Shown one piece after another: positions 25,241-35,769 of a DNA stretch of 64,000 bases. The DNA is from Isurus oxyrinchus (Eukaryota): the NCBI GenBank assembly GCA_026770705.1, contig JANJGN010000021.1:96844001-96908000 (forward strand), read 5' to 3'. Each line of letters starts with the position of its first letter. The first letter of the stretch is position 1. The position numbers and the translations under genes were made by a program. The notes beneath the pieces are model-generated. The model did not search any database. It saw only the letters and a program-made list of their open reading frames with translations, and was not told the DNA's origin.

Positions 25241-28200
25241 AAGAGCTATAAAAATAGCGTGAGAAGCAGCAAGAGTTTGAGAGCAGCTGAGGAAGTTTGG
25301 TGAAGAGGGAGCAGGTGCTCCTTTTCTACCTTTCCTTAGAAAGAAGAGCAGCAGCCTTGGTAAGTAAGACCTGGTGAATAAATTAGGAAAGTGTAATATT
25401 TGTAAACATGTTGCTGTACTTGGATTTAATTGAGAAGTGCCAGGAATAAGGGAAATTTAGAGTCAATATAATAAAGTAATATAAATAACCCAAAGTAGAA
25501 TAGAGCTAACGTAAGGGAAGTAGAGTTAAGAGATACCAAGGCAGCTCAGTCGAGTGGAATTCATGTCCTGTAATATGTATGAAGTCATGGAGGCCACCGG
25601 AGTCCTAGATGACCACATGTGCAGGAAATGCCGCCAGCTGCACACATTTGAGCTCTGGGTTTTGGAGCTTGAGTGATGGCTGGAGGCACTGTAGCACATC
25701 CACGAGGCTGAGAGCTACATGGATAGCATATTCAGAGAGGTGGTCACACCACAGCTTAAGGGGCTGGAGACAGAGAGGGAATGAGTGACCACCAGGCAGT
25801 CCAAGAGAAGTAGGCAGGGTCCTGCTCACAAATTGGGTTTCCGTTATGGAAGCTGGTGAGGGCACTAGTTCTTCAGAGGAGTGCAGTCAGAGCCAAGTTT
25901 ATGGCACCACAAGCAGCTCAGCTGTACAGGTGGGTGGAAGAAGAGAGAAAGAGTGAAGGTGATAGGGGATGCATTGGTTAGGGGAGCAGTCAGGTGTTTC
26001 TGTGGCCATAGATATGACTTCAGGATGGTAAGTCGCCTTCCTGGTGCCAGTGTCAAGGATGTCACAAAGGGGCTGCAGGACATTCTTCTGGAGGAGGGTA
26101 AACAGCCAGAGGTCAGGGTTCATATTGGTACCAATGACTTAGGTAGGAAGTGGGTGTGGTCCTGCAATCAGAATTTAGGGAGCGAGGTAGAAAATTAGCA
26201 AGCAAGTAGTAATCTTCGGATTACTCCCAATGCCACATGCCAGTGAGTACAGAAATAGGAGGATAAGGTATATGAATGAGTGGCTGGAAAGATGGTGCAG
26301 GAGGGAGGGCTTTAGATTCCTGGGACACTGGGACTGGCTCTGGGGATGATGGCACCGGTACAAGCTGGATAGGTTGCACCTGAAAGGAGCTGGGATTGAG
26401 TTCCTTGCAGGGTGTTTTCTAGTGCTGTTGGGTGGGCTTTAAACTAACTGAGCAGGGGTGTGGAAACCAAAAGAACATATTACTTAGGAATATCAGGGTG
26501 CACAAAATATTGGGAGGGACTAGTATAGAGAACAGTAAGTTAATAGGTGAAGTTAGGGTGAGGGAGGAAGTAACACAATCTAAATCAGGGTTACTATGCA
26601 TTTATGCAAATGCACGGAGTATAGTAAATAAGATCACAGGTGGAAATATGATGTTGTGGTGATAACAGAGACCTGGCTCAAGAAAGGGTAGAACTGGGTG
26701 TTAAATATACCTGGATTCTTGAAAAGATGGAGAAGGAAGGAAAGGAAGAGGGCTGGCAGTGTTGGTTAAGGAGGGCATTGCAGTGCTGGAGAAAGAGAAT
26801 GTCCCAGAGGGTTAAAGGACAGAATCAATTTGGCTAGAGCTACAGAACAAATAGGGTGCAATTACATTGCTCGGTGTCGTCTATAGACCGCCAAATAGTG
26901 AGGAGGATGTAGAAGAACAAATCTGCAGGGAAATTAGAATGGGTGACTTTAATTACCTGAGTGTAGACTGGGACAGTAGTAGTGCATAGGGTGGAGAGGG
27001 GCAAAAGTTCCTAGATTGTGTTCAGGAAAATTTTCTACAGCAGTATGTCCAACCCAACAAGAAAAGACGCACTGTGGGACCTGGCTATTGGAAATGAGGT
27101 GGGCCAAGTAGATCAAGTGTCAGCGGGGGAATATTTAGCAGACTGTGATCATTGTATTGAACATATTAGGATGATGATAGAAAAGGACGATAGGCAATCC
27201 AGAGTAAGAATAATTGACTGGACGAGAGCCGACTTCGATGAGGCAAAAACGGAGCTAGGCCGAATAGATCGGAATGAAAGATTGGTGGGATAAACTGTAG
27301 CTGAACAATGGGCTACCTTCAAAAAAGAATTGGTCTGGGCACAGTCAAGGTATATTCCATTGAAAGGGAAAGGAGGGCAAACAAATCCAAGCTCCCTGGG
27401 TGAAAAAATGAGATAGATATTAAGATAAAAAAGAAAAAGTGTGCTTATGACACGTGTCTGGTAGAAAATATAATTGAGAACAAAGAGGAATACAGAGGCT
27501 CAGAGGGGAGGTGAAAAAGCATATTATAGAAGCGAAGAGGGATTATGAGAAAAGACTGGCAGCCAACATAAAGGGGAATCCCAAAGTCTTCTATAGACAT
27601 ATAAATAGTAAAAGGGTGGTAAAAGGAGGAATGAGGCCAATTAGGGACCTAAAAGAGAATTTACACATGGATGGAGGGACCATGGCTAAGGTATTAAAAT
27701 AATACCTTGCATCTGTCTTTACCAAGGAAGTATTGCTATCCAGGCCACAGTGACAAACAAGGAAACTCTGTCACTAGAAGGGTTCAAAATTGATAAGGAG
27801 AAACGTTGACTAGACTGTCGGTACTTAAAGTTGACAAGGCACCGGGACAGACGAGATGCTTCCAAGGATATTGAAGGAAGTGAAAGTAGAAATTGTAGGG
27901 GCACTGGCCTTAATCTTTCAGTCATCCCTAGACTCAGAGGAGGTACCAGAGGACTGGGGAATTGCAAACGTTACGCCCTTGTTCAAAGAAGGTTGTAAGG
28001 ATAAGCCCAACAATTACTGACCAGTCAGTTTAACTTCAGTGGTGGGAAGGATTCTAGAAACAATTATTCAGGATAGAATTAGTAGTCACGTGGAAAAATA
28101 TGGATTGAGAAGGAAGTGCCGTCATGGATTTCTAAGGGGAAAATCGTGTTTCGCTAACTTGCTGGAGTTTTTTGAAGAGGTAACAGAAAAGGTCGATTAA

Positions 28201-29374
28201 GGTAATGCTGATTTGGTGTACATGGACTTTCAAAAGACATTTGATACAGCGCCACACAACAGATTTGTGAGAAAAGTTATTGCTAATGGAATAAAAGGGA
28301 CAGTAGCAACGTGGATACCAAATTGGCTGAAAAATACGAGAGTAATGGTCAATGGATATTTTTTGGCTGGAGGAAAGTTTGTAGTGGAGTTCCCCAGGGA
28401 TCGGTATTGGGACCCTTGCTTTTCCTGGCATATATTAATGATCTAGATCTTGGTGTGCATGGGTATAATTTCAAAGTTTCCAGATGATACGAAGCTTGGG
28501 AGTGTTGTAAACTGTGAGGAGTAAATGTAGAACTTCAAAAAGGCATAGACAAGTTGGTAGAGTGGGCAGATATGTGACAGATGAAGTTCGATGCGGAGAA
28601 GTGTGAGATGATGCGTTTCGTTAGCAGGAACACGGACAGACAATATAAACTAAGGGGTGAAATTTTGAAGGGGGTGCAGGAGCAGAAAGACCTGGGTGTG
28701 TATGTGCATAGGTCATTGAAGATGGCAGGCCAGGTGGAGAGAGCAGTTAATAAAGCATATAGCATGATGGGCTTTATTAATAGGGGCATAGAGTACAAGA
28801 GCAAAGAGGTTATGCTGAATTTATATGACACTTGTTATAGTTGGAGTATTGTGTACAGTTCTGGGCTCCACGTTATAAGAAGAATGTGAATACATTGGAG
28901 AGAGTGCAGAGAAGGCGTACAAGAATAGTTCCAAGGATGAGAAACTTCAGTTACGAAGATAGATTGGAGAGTTTGGGACTGTTCTCCTTGGAGAGAAGAA
29001 GCTAGAGGAGATTTGATAGAGATTTTCAAGATCAAGAGTAGGTTGGACAGAGTAGATTGGAAGAAGCTGTTCCTGTTTGTAAAAGGATCAAGAATGAGAA
29101 GGCACATATCTAAAATGACTTGCAAAAGAAACAACGTGAGAAAAAACTTTTTCATACAACAAGTGGTTCGGGTCTGAAATGCATTGCCTGCAAGTGTGGT
29201 GGAGGCATTCAATGGAGGCATTCAAGAGGACATTAAATGATTATTTGAATAGAAACAACGTGCAGGGGCACAGGGAAAAAAGCAAGGCAATGGCACTCAT
29301 AATGCTCATTTGGAGAGCTGGTGCAGACACGATGGGCCGAATGGCCTCCTGTGCCGTTAAAATTCTGTGATTCT
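25039..29374 (+). mobile_element. full-length decayed CR1 LINE (5' monomers, ORF1 with SGNH esterase, ORF2 EN-RT)
   Basis: VIGDALVRG...HIGTNDLGR esterase motifs, then YRPP, YMDFQKTFD and KFPDDTK. TTCTGTGA tail and GTAA TSD. Confidence 0.85.
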
Positions 29375-30139
29375 GTAAATAGGCTGGTCAAATCCACTCT
29401 ATCCAGGCCTCTCACAATTTTGTACATCTCAATCAATGAAGAAGCTCTTGAAATTGCAAGAGCAAAAGGAACTCTAAAAGGTAACATCCAGAAAAGAAAA
29501 TGTCAGTATTTCAGCCACTTCATCAGAGCTGAAAAGCTACAGAAATCTCTCCTAGAGGGAAAAGTGGAGTGCAGCAGAAAAGGGGATTGACCTAGCAGTG
29601 GTTAGATGAAGGACGTCAGAGAGTGGTTGCTGACGAGCTACTGAGGATAGGTGACGACGACACAAGACAGAAAAGCGTGACATACCACGACAGCAGGACT
29701 CCTGGTAGGAGTGCCTGCAAGCAGGACAGGCTAGGAACGACTGAAGATGTACAGAAAAAAGGCAGAAAATTGCAAATACAACAAATCTGCAATAAAAATG
29801 GAAATGCACAAACTGCCATAGATGTGATGATCAGGCCACTGTCAGAGGCAGATGATCTTCCCAACCTTGGGTACAAAATAAACAAAATGCTTGGATGTAA
29901 CTTTTCTAACACAGGGTACTGGATGCATGGAGGCAGTGATACCCGAATGTAGCAACAAATTGGAGAGGTTTGTCCAAATATCTAATAGCAGGAATGAGTG
30001 CTACCTCGGATATGACAGCCGAGAAGCAGATTTTTATTTTGTCGCACCAGCGTTTACTGAGTTCTGTATCTGTATCTGCTACAAATCTGTATTTGTAGCT
30101 ATTGTGGCCACGGGATTGGATAACATCAAGTTCTACAAA

Positions 30140-30480
30140 CTTTCTATTGAAACTCAGTTTCTTGCTTGATCAGCTAACGTCTCATGTTAACCTCCCGAAC
30201 GAATGACGATGAGGCGCACGTGGTTTCTTTGATTGGACAGTTCACAATACTTGGATAGTCTATTCCGATACAGGCGCAAAATATCCGAGACTCTTCCACC
30301 GGATTCTGATGACTCAAAGAGAAATATTTATTCCGATTGGACACGGTTACATCATCCAACCAACCAGCACAGAGGCAATGAGCAAACAGGAACATTTCCT
30401 TGTTTAACACAATCAACAGTGGACACAGCTCTGGGACCCAGAGATCTTTAGTTTGGAAATGAAAGGAATTTCCCATAAAC
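30140..30480 (+). promoter_or_regulatory. MHC class I promoter: X1/X2/Y-like modules, IRF element, NF-kB site
   Basis: TGACG 30204 with ATTGG 30232. CCGGATTCTGA-TGACTCA 30299-30316 with ATTGG 30336. GAAATGAAA 30456-30464. GGAATTTCCC (reverse complement GGGAAATTCC) 30465-30474. All lie immediately 5' of the leader ATG. Confidence 0.65.
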
Positions 30481-30511
30481 TGTTGATCCCTGCCTGTCAA
30501 AGGAAGCAACA

Positions 30512-30560
30512 ATGATTGGACTAAAAGTGCTGATCCTTCTATGTGGAGGGGTCTCTGCAG
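30512..30560 (+). pseudogene. MHC-I exon 1, signal peptide MIGLKVLILLCGGVSA
   Basis: ATG plus 16 codons plus 1 nt, donor CAG|gtgggt. Matches the shark class I leader pattern LLCGGVSA. Confidence 0.8.
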
Positions 30561-30699
30561 GTGGGTAATGCGATCAAAGAAGGTCACACTGGCCAGACAG
30601 GGTACTGACACGTCCACCCCAGTGAGTAATGGGATAGATGAACGACCGTGATCATGGTTGTCCCCGCATGTGTGTAAGTGTTGTTTTTGTGGGTTTCAT

Positions 30700-33600
30700 T
30701 TCTTTTACTGGGACGGGGTGGGGTGGGGGGGCGGGTGGTGGTGGGGGTTACCATTCCTGAAAGTCCCCTCCACACAGAATGATGTTGTTTCCTTTTGCCC
30801 TTTGGTATTTGAAGTTCTTCTGTGGTTATTTGTTTTCCCTGGTGGGGTTTTGGTACCAAACACTGCGAACTTAAAGAAGTGATGGCTGCAACCAGTCAAG
30901 CCCAAACCAGGGGTAGCACCATAAGGGTGGTGGTGAAAGGCAGCGGAGGAGGTACACCCATTGACTGTGCCTTCTTCATTAAGGGAATCCTCTTGGAATC
31001 CTGTGGATTTGAAGCTGCGGACATCTACTGTCTGCAGGATTTCCTCAGTGGTGGATACTTTGATGTGACTTTCAAGAATGCTGCGGCATTCGTGAGGTTC
31101 CTGAAGGTTTTTGAAGAGAAGAGAAACCTGCCACAGCTGAGAATCCTCATGTGGATGCTGTTTACTCTGCTGTCACAATGGGACCACTTGGTTACTGTGC
31201 ACCCCGACATCCCCCATGTTATTGGTGCGTTTACCTTCCTCACCAAGTACGTCGAGAAGGCTGGGAACTGCACCAAGGTCAAGGACTTTTTGGGATTTGG
31301 ACCAGCAAATGGCAGGTCAAGATTACTCTCAAGATGGATGACCCTCAGCTTCTCTATTGTGGGAGGCCGCAGCTACTTTGTATATGCCGGGCAGCCCAAA
31401 GTTTGTCATTCCTGTGGCAAATCTCGTCAGGCAGTGGCCAGCTGCAATGTCATCATCTGCATTCCACAAGCAAGAACAACATCAGACAAAGGACTGCAAG
31501 GAGACTAAGTGCTAAGGAAAACAATGATGCAGCAGATGGCCAAACATCAGCACTGCCTCCCTGCACTTTCCAATCCTCTGCAGAGCGAATCAATTGAGGA
31601 GGAACCAGCAGAGTATCAACCGGGGATTGGCAGTTGGTGAAGAAGACCAAAAAGAAGAATGGGCCAAGAAGGGACCAAGTCACCTCCCAGACGAGTGGCA
31701 AGAGGCAACTCTCATCCGACACGAGCTGCTGCTCAGATGAAGAAGGACAAGAGGTACGCCAGAAGAAGCAGCAACGCTCTAAGGAGCTGGAGGAGGAGAC
31801 ACCTGAGCTCCAAAACATTGGAGACAATGAAGAAGCCAGCGCACCACAGCTCCATGAAGCCGGGAGCAGTGAAGGATTCAACGCACCCCAGCTGCAGGAA
31901 GCAAGGAGCAGCAACGTCCCTGAGGGGAAATGGATTGGGAGAACAATCCAAGCCTCACTCCTTGCACGAATCCCCCCAGTGTCACCTGGGTGGAACATTT
32001 CCAATGGGGCAGACCAGCATATTTTCCTCAGCCCTCAAAAGGGAGACAATTTGCAAACACTATGGGTGTGCAGAAGCAGACTAAAGCTCTGAAACTGTCA
32101 AAGAGAACAGGTCTGGTAAGTGAAAAAATGCTTTAAAATGGTGAGAAAGATTGTGTGCATAAGCATGTGTAGCATTGAATCTGCTATGCTATGTGTTGTG
32201 ACTTTGGATTGCTTTTCCAAAGCCAAAGCTGTTTCTGCAGGAGTGTGTAATACCGCACCTCAGCTCCAACAGGTAATGATCACAGTGGTGGTCCCATGGA
32301 CCATTGATCTGGTCAGGAGGAAACAACTCATGTTCTTCCAGCCTGGGTATTCTGCAGCAGGGAGGCAACTTCATCATCTCTGAATTAAGGACATGGTGGG
32401 TAGTCGCCTCCTTATAACAGACGTATTGTACAAGAATGCTCTGCTCTGGTTAATTAACGTGTACGCCTCAGTTCAAAACAGCGGCGGCTGGCCGTCCTTC
32501 AGCAGCTTCCACTGTTGCTGGTGACTTCCAGACCGGTCACTCTGGGTGGTGACTTCAACTGCACCATCAATGCACTGGGCAATCTGGAAGGGTCAACAGC
32601 ACGTCCAAACTCCTGATGGAAACAGTGAAAGATGCAAAGCTGCATGACACCTTCAGCAACTTTGCAGATTGAGCGTGGCATAGATACATCTGGTAGCGGC
32701 CAGGCGGGTCCATCTGTTCTAGGATAGACTTCATTTTGTGTCCCGAGCATTCACAGTCAGACCTACCAATGTCAAGCCGATGTTCTTCTCTGACCACTGC
32801 CTCCTACTGGCTGACTGCCATTTACAGGAAGACCTCAGAGTGGCAGAGGGACATGGAAAGTGAATGTGAAACTGTTGACCCAAAAAACATTGAGGAAGTC
32901 AAGGAGCATTACAAAGGTTTGAGAACAGTGAAACCCCTCTTTGAGTCCCCTATGCACTGGTGGGAAGAAATCAAGGAGAACATCAGAGGTTTTTCGTCTT
33001 CAGTGGTGTTGAGAAGGTGAAAACGAGACAGAGGGAAATGTCCCATCTCCAGAAAAACATGCAAAATCTGCTCCAGTTTTAGTCAATGGGGGTAGATGTC
33101 AAGGAGAATCTCCAAGAGGTGAAATGCCAGCTAGCCTCTCTCTATTTGCCTCGGAGGTCTCCAAGATCATCTTCTGGTCCAAAGTCTGTTCCGTGGAGCA
33201 GGATGTTACGTGCTCGGATTTCTTCTTCCAAAAGCTAGAGAGAGAGAGGGCTCTGTGATCAGCAGCCTGAAGGAAGAAGACAGCTCAGTAAGGTCATCGC
33301 AGTCTAACATTTTGACGATCAGCAAATCTTTTCATGCTAGATTGTGTAATGTGAAGCCCACAGACAGCATGGCGTCTCAGTCCTTACTGTCTTCATCATG
33401 AAGGTGTTTGGCAACAGTACACGGGAGAGTCGGGAGAAACTGCTAACTCTGGATGCGCTGACTAAGGCCTTTAATAAGAGTAAAACCCCTGGAAGCAACG
33501 GCTTACTGGCTGAGTTGTGTTCAGCTCTGTGGGACTGGATTGGCCCAGACCTGCTGGACGTGTATAAGAGAATGCTTCTGGCCAGCATCATGTCAGAATC

Positions 33601-35647
33601 CATGAGGAAAGGCATCATCACTCTCATCTACAAGTGGACAGGGAAGATGGAGGAAATTAGAAATTAGCCACCCATTTCACTGTTGAATGTGGGCTGTTAA
33701 ATTCTGTCCAAGCTCATCACCAATTGGGCCAAGTCTGCTCTGGAGTTAGCGATCCACCCCGACCAAACCTGCGCTGTACTGGCAGAAAGATCTCTGACAG
33801 CCTTGCGCTACTCAGGGATACGATTGCCTATGTACAGGACAGTGGTGTGGACACCTGTCTTATCATCCTGAATCAGGAGAAAGCTTTTGACAGAATATTG
33901 CACACCCACATGATGGATGTGCTCTGCAAAATGGGCTCTCGGGAGGGAATCCGCAATTGGATCCAACTGCTCTACATAAACATCAGTAGTGCAGTTTCAA
34001 TCAATGGGTGGGAATCGGAAAGCTTTCCAATTAAATCTGGAGTCAGGCAGGGCTGAACCCTTTGTTGAGTCCATCAGGAAGGATTCGGGCATAAGAGGAG
34101 CGATGATCCTAGGCAGTGGAGGCACTCAAGTCAAAACCTCCCTGTACATGAATAAAGTCTGTCTTCTGCGCCATTATCGGTGTGTAGACTGATGAACATC
34201 TGCGACTAGTTGGAATTGGCCTTGGGGTCCAAGGTGAATTGCAGCAAGAATGAGGCCATGTTCTTTGGGAACTGGGCTGACTGATCTTTCGTCCCCCTCA
34301 TGGTCAGAGGTACTGGGGAATGTGCTAAAAGCTGGAAGGAGAGAATAGCTAAGGTCAAACAAAAACTGGTCATGTGGGAGTGATGGTCCCTCTCCATTGC
34401 AGGTAGGAACCTGGACATCAGGTGTGAGGCAATCTCAGAATTGCTGTACATTGTGCAGTTCTGGCCCATTCCTCAGTCCTGCACTGTGGTGATCCATCCG
34501 AGCCATCTTCCGCTTCATCTGAAGGTCAAAAATGGACCATGTTCGCAGGTACAAGATGTACAAACTTCTAAAGGAGGAAAAAAGCATACCCAACACCGCC
34601 CTCATTCTCATGGCCATCTTTGTATGTAGCTGCATCAAGCTGTGCCGAAACCCTCAGTACGCAAACACCGAGTGCCAATACTTGCTGACATGCTACCTGT
34701 TCCCGGCATTGCGATGGGTGGTTCTGGCCACTTCGCTGTGGAACGCTCCAAATAGTTGGACCATGTCGAAAAGTTTATGCAGAGAAACACCTTTGACGAC
34801 AGGTTCATCAGGCAGCAGTGTGCATGTAATTTCCTAGAGACCCTGTGGTTTGAAGAGATTGTGGATCCTGTCAGATGGTCCCCCGAGCAGACTGTCAGAA
34901 GTCATTTGGCTGAATGCCTCATCACCAAAACTTCCAAACAAGCATCTAGATGTAGCTTGGCTCATAGTGAGAAAGACTCCCTGTCAGATCCTTCCCTCAT
35001 GCCCGGAGTCTCACCCCTTCCACTGCTGCCCTTGAGGTGGCTGTGGTGGGGAAGAGACTGTTGTCCACTTCCTTGTGGAATGTTCCTTTGCAAAGAAGGT
35101 CGGAGGGAGATGCAGTGGTTTTTGCCGAGGTTCATCCCAAGCACTATTGTGACACAGGACTCTGTGCTCTATAGGCTATTCTTAGGGACGCACACCGAGA
35201 CAAAGATCAACTGCAGTTGGAGAATCATCAACTTGGTGAAAGACGCTCTTTGGTCTGTCCAAAGCTTGTTGGACATCCAGTGCTGAGTCTTGTCCTTGAC
35301 AGAGTGTTGCAAACTGCAAATTCCGAGGTCCAGGACTACTTGCTGTGGGACTCACTAAAGTTTGGGGCAGCCATCGCAGAGGCACAATAGGGAAAGGTCA
35401 CTGTCTAAGATCTTCAACCATAGAACACCCAGGGACTGGAAACTGTAAAACCCCTCATGTTTCATGATTCACATTGAATGTATACAGTAAATATTACATG
35501 TATCACAATTATATTGAAGCACCTCAGAGTGCACATGATCTATATAGAAAACTTGAATTTCATTGCATTTTCTGTGATGGCTATTTGAGATGTTTTGTAA
35601 TGTTCTTTTAGACATTTTATGAATAAAGTATTCTTTTGCAAAAAAAA
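30700..35647 (+). mobile_element. near full-length L1-Tx1 LINE (ORF1 from 30882; ORF2 ~32137-35408), decayed
   Basis: ORF1 has IYCLQDF...FDVTF...GQPKVCHSCGK. ORF2 has INVYAS, GGDFNC, KTPGSNGL, LNQEKAFDRI and SGVRQG. AATAAA at ~35622 and a poly(A) tail at 35640-35647. The 5' boundary is approximate. Confidence 0.85.
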
Positions 35648-35769
35648 GGGATCAGAGGGCTTCTCACTACCATTGGAGAGAAGAAGAGGGAGAAACCATG
35701 GTCACTTTGAGTGGGACTGTTAGGCAAATTGAGGGACAGATTCATTGGGCTGAGACATAGAGAGAGGAA

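Larger units (their letters stand above)
24731..29434 (-). mobile_element. short CR1 3' fragment (24731-25038 plus 29379-29434) that hosts the full-length CR1
   Basis: CR1 3' tail on the minus strand, continuing colinearly on the far side of the insert. Confidence 0.65.
23051..29750 (+). mobile_element. RTE-clade LINE in two parts (23051-24730 and 29441-29750) split by nested CR1s
   Basis: FLYVPETWAI...IEPFEMWMLRHILNIPYTDHNIN continues as EEALEIARAKGTLKGNIQKRKCQYFSHFIRA after the insert. AATGAA TSD at 24725-24730 and 29435-29440. Confidence 0.8.

Noticed and set aside
30628-30640. gggatagatg as the 5' TSD of the Tx1 element (3' flank gggatcagag)
   Set aside because: The match is too weak to fix the boundary, so the 5' end is left approximate.
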